This document shows, piece after piece, positions 1-9,773 of a stretch of 64,000 nucleotides of DNA (the stretch's first letter is position 1; each line of letters begins with the position of its first letter). The translations under genes and the position numbers were made by a program. The notes under the pieces are model-generated. The model worked only from the letters and a program-made list of their open reading frames with translations, did no database searches and was not told the origin of the DNA. Source of the stretch: Promethearchaeota archaeon Loki_b32 (GTDB taxonomy: Archaea > Asgardarchaeota > Lokiarchaeia > Sigyniarchaeales > SOKP01); contig NJBH01000008.1 in assembly GCA_005223125.1 (NCBI GenBank), forward strand, positions 1-64,000, given 5' to 3'.

Positions 1-55
1 TTTCTTTCGATGTAACGGATTTCTTTAATACGGTTAAATCGACTCTCACTTCTAT
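1..55. repeat. Dispersed ~55-bp repeat, copy A
   Basis: 16-55 matches 2471-2510 at 38/40 nt. Confidence 0.9.
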
Positions 56-85
56 GATTAATTCAATAATTTCATCGATGTTCAT
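1..85 (-). CDS. Partial ORF or gene remnant running off the window start (MNIDEIIELIIEVRVDLTVLKKSVTSKE...)
   Basis: ATG at 85, frame open to the edge; differences from the copy at 2471-2510 are synonymous in this frame. Confidence 0.35.
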   Translation of the reverse strand, partial: MNIDEIIELIIEVRVDLTVLKKSVTSKE

Positions 86-143
86 ATATTTTGGACTTTC
101 TTTTTCATTTTAATCTGATATAAAAATATTAAATAAAAAAATC

Positions 144-1553
144 TCATACAAAAAAACCAACAATTATGTTACCCCAATCAATTCCGTGATAATAAAGAAA
201 TCTCCAAGTTGCATCCCACATACTGTATTTAATCATATAAGATTCGTAAGGTTTTAGATCTCTTAAACTTTCGACACCAAATTTTTCTTCAAATGTCCCC
301 CAGCTAAAGAAATAAATTCTTTTTTTATTGAAATGGCTACATATTGTTATGTCGGTAATCATTTCATTCCATTCATATCCACTTTTAAAACTTCCTAACA
401 TTACTTCGCCATCATAATAACTAATTGTATCATACATTTCAAAATCGGTAAATCTTCTATATCCTCCACCGGCAGAAATTCTATAATGCATAAAGATTTC
501 CAAATCCCAATTTAATTTCAAATGATATATGTTACCAAAAGCCGTGTCTATATAACATCCAAATTCTAAATTTTTAACAATTCCTATGGTTTTATCGTCT
601 TTATGAACTTCATTGATTAATTTTTGATATCCAAGTGTCGCATTTTCAATCTCTTTGATAGAAGGAAACCTACTTACTAAAAATGGAATAACCTCATACC
701 ATTCTAATTCAAGGAATTTGTCTATCGTGCTCATATATGCCTCGGCGTCAATATAAAATCCTGACAAATTGTTAAAAAAATCCAATGTTCTTACATAATA
801 ATAGGTTTCAAGTACACTTTGATGGTTGTCAATATTAGGAAAATCCATATACCCAGCAAGACTAAGATAAATTTTGACTTCATTATCTATTAAATTTTGA
901 ATTTCATCCTTATGGGTTTGATTGAAATCATCTATGTTTACCGGAATTATAAGATCAATATCTAATTCATTAAATATATCAATAGTTTCTTGTTTTGAAG
1001 GTATATTGTCAACTTTACACCAAAAGGTATATTTTGGATTCGTTTTACTATTTATTTTGATTGAAAATTCGTAAAATAGAAACGGAACTCCTATAAATAA
1101 CCAAACAAGATAAAATCCGATGATCCTTTTTTTCCATTTTTTCTCTAGAAATGTACTAGATAAAGAAACTATAAAAGGAAGGCAATAGACAGGTTGGAGT
1201 AAAAAAGCCTCAGGATAGAAATGTTGGCTTAGAGTAAGAAAGAATAAATATTCCAAATAAATTAAAAGTAGAAAGTTGAATAAAAAACCTAATTTGAAAA
1301 ATTTTCTCTTTTTATTTTCTTTTACTGATTTTGTTGGAAGGCGGGAAACTCCCACCATAGTAATAAAAAGGAATCCCGTAGTAATAATGATGATTGGAGT
1401 GACAATGAATACGGGAATACCTGGAATAAAATTCAAGATTAAAGCAATAGTACAAAAACTCGAAAATAAAAGAAAAAACAATCTTGCAAATGCGATCTTT
1501 TTCCAATCTTTCTCTAAGTCATCATGTTTTGATTTAGTCAGGTTATTCGTCAT
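144..1553 (-). CDS. Membrane protein (about 5 N-terminal TM helices) with a soluble, possibly glycoside-hydrolase-like TIM-barrel domain
   Basis: Hydrophobic N-terminal segments; 'GFYIDAE' strand-acid motif; start moved to ATG 1553 (GAGGT SD-like upstream) because the track start at 1646 runs into the RNA element. Confidence 0.6.
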   Translation of the reverse strand: MTNNLTKSKHDDLEKDWKKIAFARLFFLLFSSFCTIALILNFIPGIPVFIVTPIIIITTGFLFITMVGVSRLPTKSVKENKKRKFFKLGFLFNFLLLIYLEYLFFLTLSQHFYPEAFLLQPVYCLPFIVSLSSTFLEKKWKKRIIGFYLVWLFIGVPFLFYEFSIKINSKTNPKYTFWCKVDNIPSKQETIDIFNELDIDLIIPVNIDDFNQTHKDEIQNLIDNEVKIYLSLAGYMDFPNIDNHQSVLETYYYVRTLDFFNNLSGFYIDAEAYMSTIDKFLELEWYEVIPFLVSRFPSIKEIENATLGYQKLINEVHKDDKTIGIVKNLEFGCYIDTAFGNIYHLKLNWDLEIFMHYRISAGGGYRRFTDFEMYDTISYYDGEVMLGSFKSGYEWNEMITDITICSHFNKKRIYFFSWGTFEEKFGVESLRDLKPYESYMIKYSMWDATWRFLYYHGIDWGNIIVGFFV

Positions 1554-1610
1554 TTTTCGAACCTCTATAGTATTTCTCAAATAATACATGAATTTTAAAC
1601 TTTTATAATT

Positions 1611-1730
1611 TAAAAGGTGGCTCCTGCCAACGAGACCTAAGTACAAGGTCGTAAATACAATAGGGGGAGGAGTAAATTAGAGCGTACCTACGTACACTAC
1701 CAAAAGACAAAAATCCAGGGTATAAGCAAT
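1611..1730 (-). ncRNA. Putative structured RNA element, copy 1
   Basis: Homologous to 56489-56614; 29-nt identical block 1693-1721; two hairpins with compensatory changes; mismatches become G-U pairs on the minus strand. Confidence 0.6.
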
Positions 1731-1737
1731 TTTGTCA

Positions 1738-1878
1738 TCAAGAAAATATTCTTCCACGCTTTTTCACCAATTCTTCCTTTCCATGAACTTTTTCATATGA
1801 CTGGTGTCCTCCCCCTTCAAAACCTGTTACAACAAGAGCTTCTAGCTCTTTATTCCTCTCCCACTCTGGATATTCGCT
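1738..1878 (-). pseudogene. Start-less 46-codon remnant resembling nitronate monooxygenase/FabK family
   Basis: Frame reads SEYPEWERNKELEALVVTGFEGGGHQSYEKVHG...; 'ALVVTGFEGGGH' resembles the GxEAGGH motif; bounded upstream by TAG. Confidence 0.45.
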
Positions 1879-1958
1879 CTAGAAGGAAATATGAACTATG
1901 TTTTATAATTAAAAAAAAAAGGAATTTAATGAATTTTCAATCACAATAGTTAAGCAAA

Positions 1959-2285
1959 TTATTCTGGTACTTCGAGTCCTAAAACAGCCATTGCTTCGGG
2001 AAGTGAGGACATTACTTCGATCTGATATTTATACCCTTCAATACTTTCAGCGAAAAATATAAGTTGCTTATTTGAAAGGGCTATATATTCTTTGAGTTTT
2101 CCTTTTTTAATTTCATCTGCAATTATAATCTTGTATCCTTCTTTGGTTGCAACAACTGCATTATTTAAGAGATTTTTAGCGAGGGATCTATCATCTGGAA
2201 ATTTTTTTAGGGCTTCTAAGAATACTTTTCCTGCTTTAGAGGCTTTCGCATGGGGAAGCCATACAGTAGTCATTACTATTACCAT
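1959..2285 (-). CDS. Small hypothetical protein (possible dimeric alpha/beta-barrel type)
   Basis: 108-aa ORF with GAGGT SD-like sequence upstream and natural composition. Confidence 0.75.
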   Translation of the reverse strand: MVIVMTTVWLPHAKASKAGKVFLEALKKFPDDRSLAKNLLNNAVVATKEGYKIIIADEIKKGKLKEYIALSNKQLIFFAESIEGYKYQIEVMSSLPEAMAVLGLEVPE

Positions 2286-2455
2286 AATTATAACCTCATC
2301 TTACTTTTCTACTTTTTTTTTTGGAATCGCATTAAATTAGATTTGATAAAAAGGTCAAATTAAGTTTTTGATTTATCCATATAAAAACTTTTCGCCCAGA
2401 CTATATAAAATAAATATTACTTATTCCGTTGATTACCCATTTAGTTATTCCTTTA

Positions 2456-2510
2456 TTTCTTTAAATGAGCCGGATTTCTTTAACACGGTTAAATCAACTC
2501 TCACTTCTAT
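2456..2510. repeat. Dispersed ~55-bp repeat, copy B
   Basis: 38/40 identity to 16-55. Confidence 0.9.
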
Positions 2511-2592
2511 TTGGTGTATTGAATATAAAAGTATTAAAATAATAAATAATAGAATATTTCTGATTGAAATAATTAATATCGAGTTGAACTTA

Positions 2593-3657
2593 ATGATTGA
2601 TGATGCTTATATAAAATTGAGAGAGTTTTTGGATCAATTTCCTTTAGGTTACCCAAAAACCTCATCGGGGGTTGAATTAAGGATTTTAAAAAGACTTTTT
2701 TCAGAGGAGGAAGCCAAAATCGCAGTATATCTGACTCCAATCCCAGAGGAAACTGTTAAAATCGCTAGTAAAATTGGGATGGAGGAAAAAAAACTGGAAA
2801 AAACCTTAGAATCGATGTCTAAAAAAGGATTGATTTTTCGATCTCGACGAGATAATAAAACGACCTTTAATTCTGTGCCGTTCATGATTGGATTATACGA
2901 ATATTCTGTAAAGAAAATAGATAAGGAACTTGCTAAGTATTATAAAGAATATTATGATATCGCGTATCAAAAAGAAATGGGTTTAAGCAATGTTCCTGGA
3001 TTTAAAGTAATCCCTATCGAAGAAGCAATTGAACCAAACACTACACTTTTTCCATATCATAAATTGAAAGAGAGCATCAGAAAAGCAAGAGTGATTTCTG
3101 TAACAGATTGCATTTGCCGCAAAGAAGCCAAATTAAACGGAGAAGGATGTGATTATCCTATTGAAACTTGTCTTAGTTTTGGGGTTGCTGCTGAATATTA
3201 TATTGAAAACGGTATTGGACGGGAAATATCTGCTGATGAAGCGATAAAAATCATTGAGGAAGCAGACAAAGCTGGTTTGGTACACGCAGGAGCTAATTCT
3301 AAACATTTATCAAATATATGTAATTGTTGTCCTTGCTGCTGCGCTTCAATGAAAGGAATTACTAAAAAAGGACTTGATAAACATAAGTTTATGAACGCCA
3401 TGTTTGAATCAATTATAGATGAAGAAACCTGTATTAATTGTGGAACCTGTGTTGAACGTTGCCCTGTTGGAGCAATAGAAATGGATGATATCACTGTTGT
3501 ATCAAGAAAAAAATGTCTTGGATGTGGTTTATGCGCTACAGCTTGCCCTGAAGAAGCAATAACTTTAGTATTGAGAGAAGATGGAGAGGAACCTTTTAAC
3601 AGATTCATGGAAATGGGATTAGCGATACTTGAGGGTAAAAGAAAAAATCTGAGTTAA
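2593..3657 (+). CDS. 4Fe-4S dicluster protein with N-terminal winged-helix region
   Basis: CICR, ICNCCPCCC, CINCGTCVERCP and CLGCGLCATACP motifs; start moved to ATG 2593. Confidence 0.85.
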   Translation: MIDDAYIKLREFLDQFPLGYPKTSSGVELRILKRLFSEEEAKIAVYLTPIPEETVKIASKIGMEEKKLEKTLESMSKKGLIFRSRRDNKTTFNSVPFMIGLYEYSVKKIDKELAKYYKEYYDIAYQKEMGLSNVPGFKVIPIEEAIEPNTTLFPYHKLKESIRKARVISVTDCICRKEAKLNGEGCDYPIETCLSFGVAAEYYIENGIGREISADEAIKIIEEADKAGLVHAGANSKHLSNICNCCPCCCASMKGITKKGLDKHKFMNAMFESIIDEETCINCGTCVERCPVGAIEMDDITVVSRKKCLGCGLCATACPEEAITLVLREDGEEPFNRFMEMGLAILEGKRKNLS

Positions 3658-3720
3658 TTTCGTTTGAAAATCAAAAAATACTTTGTTTTGAGATACATTT
3701 TAAAAATTGTAAGAAGTTGT

Positions 3721-3771
3721 TTTATTTCTTTAGAGGTGACGGATTTCTTTTAAATCTACTCTTAATTCTAT
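3721..3771. repeat. Dispersed repeat, degenerate copy C (8-nt deletion)
   Basis: cggatttcttt[8-nt gap]taaatctactcttaattctat aligns with copies A and B. Confidence 0.7.
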
Positions 3772-3854
3772 AAGGATTTACAACCGGTCTTCCCTTCTTT
3801 CTTTGAGTTCTATATTTTAAAAGATTTATATAGTTTGGGTTTATAGATATTATT

Positions 3855-4658
3855 ATGAAATTTATTGATCTTTCAATTCCTATTATAAATACAGATGAGA
3901 TGTTATTTGACATCCCAAAAACTCAACCTAAAATCATATATTCAACACATGAGGAAGGCGCGATAGAAATGAGTGGTTTATTCATGAAACTTAATCCTGA
4001 AAAACATTTACCTGATGGAAAAGGATGGGTGACCGAAATGATAACTTTAAATACTCATAGTGGAACCCATATGGATGCCCCTTGGCATTTTGCACCTATA
4101 CAAGATAAAGAAATTGGAAAAAGGAAAGCAATGACGATTGATGAATTCCCGTTAGAATGGGGTATCGGACCTCTAATTGTTTTGGATTGTACTGATTTTG
4201 AAGATGGTCATGTAATGACAGTTGAAGATATCGATAAGAAATTAGAGGATATTAATCACAAATTACAAATCGGAGATATTTTATGTATTCATACAAATGC
4301 TTCTAAATATGCTGGGACTAAAGAATATACAAGTCGAGGAGCGGGGGTAGGAAGAGAAGCAACTTTACATATCATTAGACAAGGCGTCCACGTTGTAGGG
4401 ATTGATGCATGGAGTTGGGATGCTCCATTTGTATTTACTTCGAATAAATGGAAAAAAATGGTAAAAGCTAAAAAACCAAACCCATCTATTATTTGGGAGG
4501 GTCATTTTGCAGGTATTGAATTAGGTTATTTTCAAATGGAAAAATTAACTAATTTAGATAAAGTTCCGCCTGTGGGAGCTACAATTTATTGTTTCCCTGT
4601 GAAGATTGCCCGAGCTAGTGCTGGATGGGTTCGTGCAGTAGCTACTATTCCCGATTAA
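3855..4658 (+). CDS. Cyclase / kynurenine formamidase family metallohydrolase
   Basis: HSGTHMDAPWHF motif, GIDAWS, EKLTNL. Confidence 0.9.
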   Translation: MKFIDLSIPIINTDEMLFDIPKTQPKIIYSTHEEGAIEMSGLFMKLNPEKHLPDGKGWVTEMITLNTHSGTHMDAPWHFAPIQDKEIGKRKAMTIDEFPLEWGIGPLIVLDCTDFEDGHVMTVEDIDKKLEDINHKLQIGDILCIHTNASKYAGTKEYTSRGAGVGREATLHIIRQGVHVVGIDAWSWDAPFVFTSNKWKKMVKAKKPNPSIIWEGHFAGIELGYFQMEKLTNLDKVPPVGATIYCFPVKIARASAGWVRAVATIPD

Positions 4659-4790
4659 AGGAGAGATTTTTTCATAGAATATACATATATGAAAAACAAT
4701 TAATAATAAGATAATCAATAATTATTACTATAAAGTAAATTATTGAACTTAAACAGAGTTTAACACTCTGAATAAATTTAATTTTGAGAA

Positions 4791-5249
4791 ATGGCAGTTT
4801 TAGAAATTGGAATTAACCTTGGAATGAAAAACTTAGTTGAGATTAAGTATTATTCATCTTCAGATAAAGTATTAGATCCCAACATACGAGCGAAATTTCT
4901 AAACGGATTAGAGAATTTCATTAACGAGGTTTATGGCGATGAAATTAACGTTATCTCTCTTTCGAGCTTTGAAATTGTCATTTATTATGAGATGGTTCAA
5001 TTATCAAAGAATAAAACAAATAAAGCTAAACCATTATTATCATATGCCATCATCGAAAGAGATACAAATCATAAGTTTGTAACCAAACATTTACAGAAGA
5101 TAATCTCGAAATTTCTAAAAAAGTTTGATACTAATGACTTAATTTCGAAAGAACCTAAATATTTTAAGAAATTTGAGCCTAAAATTGATAAAATTCTTGG
5201 AGATCTAAGATTCAAAATAGAGGATCGTATTAAATCCATTTTCAGATAG
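4791..5249 (+). CDS. Longin-like small protein
   Basis: Longin-like pattern (strand pair, 'DPNIRAKFLNGLENFINEV' helix, three strands, C-terminal 'FKKFEPKIDKIL' helix). Confidence 0.55.
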   Translation: MAVLEIGINLGMKNLVEIKYYSSSDKVLDPNIRAKFLNGLENFINEVYGDEINVISLSSFEIVIYYEMVQLSKNKTNKAKPLLSYAIIERDTNHKFVTKHLQKIISKFLKKFDTNDLISKEPKYFKKFEPKIDKILGDLRFKIEDRIKSIFR

Positions 5250-5286
5250 TAAATTTTCAAAAAAAATAAAATAAAAAAAATCAATT

Positions 5287-7500
5287 TTAATCTTCTTTGA
5301 AAATCTTTTCTATTAGTTTAGTGTTTTCTTCATCCTCAAAATGTTGGAGCGCACCCGTCCAATCTTTTAGCACATCTTTATATCTCTCTTCAAATTTTTG
5401 GACAAACTGTTTCAAAGGTGCTCTTACTTCTGAGCTCTGAGTTCCTTTTATGAATAATGCCCCAAAAATTTTGTCTCCATATTCAAGAAGTATAGAAATA
5501 TCTCCGTGGTCAATTTTTTTTAAAACCTCGGTAGATTTAGTCATTTCTTTAATAAACGAGGTGATTGCAGAGAACATTCCAGAAACTAAACCGGGATCTT
5601 GAATATCCTCACTTTTAAATGCATAATTGAAAACGCCTCTCCCATCATCATAAATGATATAGAGTCCTTGTTTTTCCACTTTCTCATATACATAACTCAA
5701 TTCAGGTTTCCAAATATCAACTAAATTTTTTAAAAATAGATATTTTAGTGTGAAGTAAAATCTTTTCTTTTCATTTTCATCTTTTGGTTTAATTTCTTGG
5801 AGTATCTTATCATTTTCGAGTGTTATTAACAGATTCTTTATTTCTTCTCGTTCTTTTTTAATATCGATGACAAGTTTACTTTTCTTTTTAGTTACTAAGT
5901 AAGAATCTCCTTCTTCAATATAATCTTCATATGATAAGAAATCACTAATGGTAGAAAATAGGGTTTTTTCTATGTACTTTTCGTCGATTGGAATATTTTT
6001 GCTTTTAAAATCCTTCTTTATATAATAGAAAATTAAACTCCAGAAAATAATGTTAAAAATGGCGCGTGTATATAAATAAGGATATGAAAGTATTTGTAGC
6101 AGACCAACCAAACTTGCGTCTATACCTGCGGTTCTTAATATAAAAAATTCAAATCCAAATACAGTGGTATAGGATAATTGGCCAGTTAACCAGTATTCTT
6201 CTATCCCAATTACGAAGAAAGAGATGATGATGGTGATTGGAAAATAGATTAAATAGCCAACTCTAAGATTCTTTACATATTTCAAAGTACGAGCGAGAAA
6301 TAAACCGACAATGAGAATTGACATTAAAATATTAATAAATCCTAAGATAATTAAAAATTCAAACAGAATAGCATTAGACAGAGTTGGATTTGTAGCTTCG
6401 AAATTTCCTTGATTAAGAATATTAGGATCACTAAGGAAATTTCCGTTAACAAAAATTGAGATTGCTCCAAATACTATGAGATATAATCCTATGGATAATA
6501 AAGCAAAAAAAATCAAATAACTAGAGTTTCTTAACTTGGATCTCCTTTTAAGATCTTTCTTTTTCCACCAATCAATTATTTTTACAAATATTAAGATTGA
6601 AAATGGCTCAAAAAGTTTAAGAAATAGTACAAAAATCACACTAGCCATGATAAAATATGCGAAAAAGTAGAAAATCACTAGTAATGTATCAAGTTGATTT
6701 CTGTATTGAATTATAAATAAAATGATTGATAAAATTGAAATTGGGGCTCCGACTGTATAAAGGCTTTTATATGATTGATCTCTGATATTTTCTCCAAAGT
6801 ATCTTCCTTTTAATGAAATTTGAGAACTATGTAATAATTCAATACTAAAAATAAATGTCGCAAGATAAACAAATAGAATCTCTAAAAACCATCCTAAAGA
6901 ACTCGTTAAAGAAACATTCTCAGTTCCTAAAAAATCACTAGAGATTTCAATTATTACTTGTAGTAGATAAAGAGATATTGGTAAGAGGACTATCATTAAC
7001 TTTAATATTTGTTTTTCTCTGGTCCAATCATTTCTGGTAAGATCGTCTCGAATTTTTCTATTTGGGCTGGTTTTTATTTGATATGTTGTTAATCTTAGAT
7101 TATCTTTTATAGAACCTTCATCTTTTCTTAAACGATTCCATGTTAGCAATATTGATATAAAAGGTGCTACGAAAAAGATAAACGGTAAAGTAACTAATGG
7201 ATAGGAGGCAAATTGGGTCAATAGTGAGCCAAAATGTGTGAAAAGGTATCCAATACCTAATAACATATTACCTTCTTCGCCTGGTTGTAATGCTAATTCT
7301 TTTGGGTCTTCACCAATTTGAAAAATAATAGGTAGAATCCAGTATACAATGTAAAAGATTAAGATTCCTAAATAGATTCGTAGATATAACCTTCCAATTA
7401 TTTTTTTTCGTATGAAGAAATATGGAATAACTAAAATCAATATGGGCAAAATATTCAGAAATATTGTAAGAAAAACTTCTATTACTTGCATTATTTTCAC
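5287..7500 (-). CDS. Polytopic membrane protein with C-terminal longin-like domain
   Basis: More than 10 hydrophobic segments, then 'GLYIIYDDGRGVF...DPGLVSGMFSAITSFIKEM...IDHGDISILLEYG'. Confidence 0.75.
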   Translation of the reverse strand: MKIMQVIEVFLTIFLNILPILILVIPYFFIRKKIIGRLYLRIYLGILIFYIVYWILPIIFQIGEDPKELALQPGEEGNMLLGIGYLFTHFGSLLTQFASYPLVTLPFIFFVAPFISILLTWNRLRKDEGSIKDNLRLTTYQIKTSPNRKIRDDLTRNDWTREKQILKLMIVLLPISLYLLQVIIEISSDFLGTENVSLTSSLGWFLEILFVYLATFIFSIELLHSSQISLKGRYFGENIRDQSYKSLYTVGAPISILSIILFIIQYRNQLDTLLVIFYFFAYFIMASVIFVLFLKLFEPFSILIFVKIIDWWKKKDLKRRSKLRNSSYLIFFALLSIGLYLIVFGAISIFVNGNFLSDPNILNQGNFEATNPTLSNAILFEFLIILGFINILMSILIVGLFLARTLKYVKNLRVGYLIYFPITIIISFFVIGIEEYWLTGQLSYTTVFGFEFFILRTAGIDASLVGLLQILSYPYLYTRAIFNIIFWSLIFYYIKKDFKSKNIPIDEKYIEKTLFSTISDFLSYEDYIEEGDSYLVTKKKSKLVIDIKKEREEIKNLLITLENDKILQEIKPKDENEKKRFYFTLKYLFLKNLVDIWKPELSYVYEKVEKQGLYIIYDDGRGVFNYAFKSEDIQDPGLVSGMFSAITSFIKEMTKSTEVLKKIDHGDISILLEYGDKIFGALFIKGTQSSEVRAPLKQFVQKFEERYKDVLKDWTGALQHFEDEENTKLIEKIFKED

Positions 7501-7590
7501 ATAAATGGGTTTTTTTAAATTAGTATTTAAGATAAAATTGCTATTTTACTTATAATAATTTAGGCATTTTTCAATATTTTTAATTTTAGT

Positions 7591-8688
7591 ATGACACTTG
7601 AAAACAAAATTGGATTAATTGTAGATGACGATTTTGCTTTAAAGCATAAGCCACCTTATCCACATCCTATCTTTTTTTCTTATGAAACTCCCTTAAGAAT
7701 TCAATCTATTATAGCTTATTTAGAAATAAAGAAAGTTTTTGAAGATAAGAGAGTTGATATAATGAGCCCTAAATCAATAGATGAGTCTGTTATTCAATTG
7801 GCCCATTCTAAATATTATATTGATTCTATTAAATATCTTTCAAGTCTAGAAAGTGCTCTATTAAATGAAGAGGTATTTCTTACAAAATATTCATTTGATT
7901 TAGCTAAAAAGGCAATAGGAGGATCGATCCGTGCAATTGAAGGGGTTATTAATAATAAAGTAAATCAATCATTCGCTCTTATAAGACCTCCAGGTCATCA
8001 TGCTTTACGAGAAAGTGGTTCTGGTCTCTGTATTTTTAATAATATAGCAACCTCCATTCTATACTTACGTGAAAGACTTAAATATAATAAAAAGATTGCC
8101 ATAATTGATATCGATAATCATTTTGGAGATGGTTTAGCACAGTATTTTTATGGAGATCCTAGTGTTCTTTATTTCTCTATTCATGAGTATGACTTTATTG
8201 AAGGAGATATTGGGTTTATTCATGAATTAGGAGAAGGGGAAGGTGTTGGCAAGAATATAAACTTTCCAATCCCAATGAATAGTGTTGATGATGATTTTTT
8301 AGAATTTATAGAAATTATTGAACCCATTTTGAAAGAATTTAATCCTAATATCATTATAATTGCTGCTGGTTTTGATATGTATTATACTGATCCTATAGGG
8401 AATTGCTTATTGACATCGATTTCATATTATAAATTTACTGAAAAAATATTGAAAATTGCTGAAGAAATATGTGAAGGTAAATTAAGTTTTATTCTTGAGG
8501 GGGGTTATAGCTTATTAGGTTTACCTGTTTGTGTTTATTCCGTTATTCAAGCTTTATTTAAAGAGAAATATGAAAGACCCCTTTTTGAATATCTAGACTT
8601 CTCACAGAATTCAAAAAAAAATGAAATAAAAAAAATTAGTTCTACTTTAAAAAATCTTTTAGCTAATTACTGGTCATCAATAGATTAA
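7591..8688 (+). CDS. Zn-dependent histone deacetylase-family protein (HDAC/AcuC/APAH)
   Basis: RPPGHHA, GLCIFNN, IDIDNHFGDG, AGFD, LEGGY motifs. Confidence 0.93.
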   Translation: MTLENKIGLIVDDDFALKHKPPYPHPIFFSYETPLRIQSIIAYLEIKKVFEDKRVDIMSPKSIDESVIQLAHSKYYIDSIKYLSSLESALLNEEVFLTKYSFDLAKKAIGGSIRAIEGVINNKVNQSFALIRPPGHHALRESGSGLCIFNNIATSILYLRERLKYNKKIAIIDIDNHFGDGLAQYFYGDPSVLYFSIHEYDFIEGDIGFIHELGEGEGVGKNINFPIPMNSVDDDFLEFIEIIEPILKEFNPNIIIIAAGFDMYYTDPIGNCLLTSISYYKFTEKILKIAEEICEGKLSFILEGGYSLLGLPVCVYSVIQALFKEKYERPLFEYLDFSQNSKKNEIKKISSTLKNLLANYWSSID

Positions 8689-8703
8689 CAAAATAGAAAA
8701 TAC

Positions 8704-9108
8704 TTACATTAAATCATTTAATTTTAGAGCAAACTCTTGAGTTGTGAAAAGAGCATCCCTAGGTCCTGCTTGAGGGTTAATATAACAAACTAGCGCACCA
8801 GTGCCTCCCATTGGGACCGGACATATAATGATATGGCCTTTTCCAGTAATATTAGTCCCTATTTTTCGCTCTTCTGTATTCTCCACAATCATGTATTTGA
8901 TTCCTTGAACCGTTAAACTACTAATTCCTTTTGCACCTAACTCTAGCTTCTGATTAAGCAATTCATTGATTAAATCTAAATCCGTTGCTATATTCCAATT
9001 TTCTGTTTGAGTTAATAAATTCCCATCTTTGCTTATTATAGCCACTCCAAAAATATTTTGTTCTTCATTTAATAAATCATCAATAATTGCTTCAATTTCG
9101 GCGGACAT
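8704..9108 (-). CDS. Profilin (Lokiarchaeota type)
   Basis: 'TQTENW', 'QGIKYMIVENTEERKIGTNITGKGH', 'NPQAGPRD' match my recollection of characterised Loki profilins; ATG 9108 preferred. Confidence 0.9.
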   Translation of the reverse strand: MSAEIEAIIDDLLNEEQNIFGVAIISKDGNLLTQTENWNIATDLDLINELLNQKLELGAKGISSLTVQGIKYMIVENTEERKIGTNITGKGHIIICPVPMGGTGALVCYINPQAGPRDALFTTQEFALKLNDLM

Positions 9109-9215
9109 TTCCACATCAAATATTTATTATTAAATTGTTATAATAACATAAATAAAATCAATCATAAATTTAAATATAATTTAAACATAAATTGAAAAAA
9201 GCACGGTGAAATTAA

Positions 9216-9758
9216 TTGGCATTTAGAATGTGGAGAAAAGCAATTCTTCTATCATTACGTGAAAAGAGAGTATTTGTAGTGTTTACATTAATTTATACAA
9301 CTTTAATCTTTTTAACGTCCTTTTTCATTCATTTAGGAATAGATGGTACTTTTGGAGAATTGGCATGGAATTTTGTATTAATCTTTTTTGGAACATCTCT
9401 GTTTCTTTCTTTGCTTTACGCTTGGATTTTAGTTTCGAGAAAAAGACGAGTATGGGCTACATTTAAATGTATAGGATATACCAATAAAAATATTTTAGTT
9501 TTGGTATCAGGAATGATCTTATTTACAACACTCGTAGGTTTTTTTATAGTAATCGAGGCATTATTTCATTATGCTGCTATTGTTGCTTACATTAACCAAA
9601 CAGGTGCAAACATTACTCCATTGATTTTAGTTGACTTAGTTCCTGTGGTTTTTACAAGTTTGATTTTTATAGGAGTTCAAATAATTGCATTTATTCTAGC
9701 CTACAGAAAGGTACTCAAAGTACGGCCAATAATAGCACTAAAAAAAGTAAGTGAGTAA
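9216..9758 (+). CDS. Minimal FtsX/MacB-like ABC permease
   Basis: 4 TM helices; 'RKRRVWATFKCIGYT' and 'KVRPIIALK' FtsX-domain signatures. Confidence 0.75.
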   Translation: MAFRMWRKAILLSLREKRVFVVFTLIYTTLIFLTSFFIHLGIDGTFGELAWNFVLIFFGTSLFLSLLYAWILVSRKRRVWATFKCIGYTNKNILVLVSGMILFTTLVGFFIVIEALFHYAAIVAYINQTGANITPLILVDLVPVVFTSLIFIGVQIIAFILAYRKVLKVRPIIALKKVSE

Positions 9759-9773
9759 GGAGGAAAGAGAAAA

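Noticed and set aside
1554-1646. N-terminal extension of the first ORF
   Set aside because: Overlaps the RNA element; ATG 1553 has an SD-like motif.
1764-1796. Micro-ORF MKKFMERKNW* on the minus strand after a GGGGGAGG SD-like sequence, upstream of RNA copy 1
   Set aside because: Better explained as an alternative frame of the nitronate-monooxygenase-like remnant (the G-run encodes EGGG); no equivalent beside copy 2.
2368-2592. N-terminal extension of the Fe-S protein in the ORF track
   Set aside because: TTG start running through intergenic repeat copy B; the family-like sequence begins at ATG 2593.
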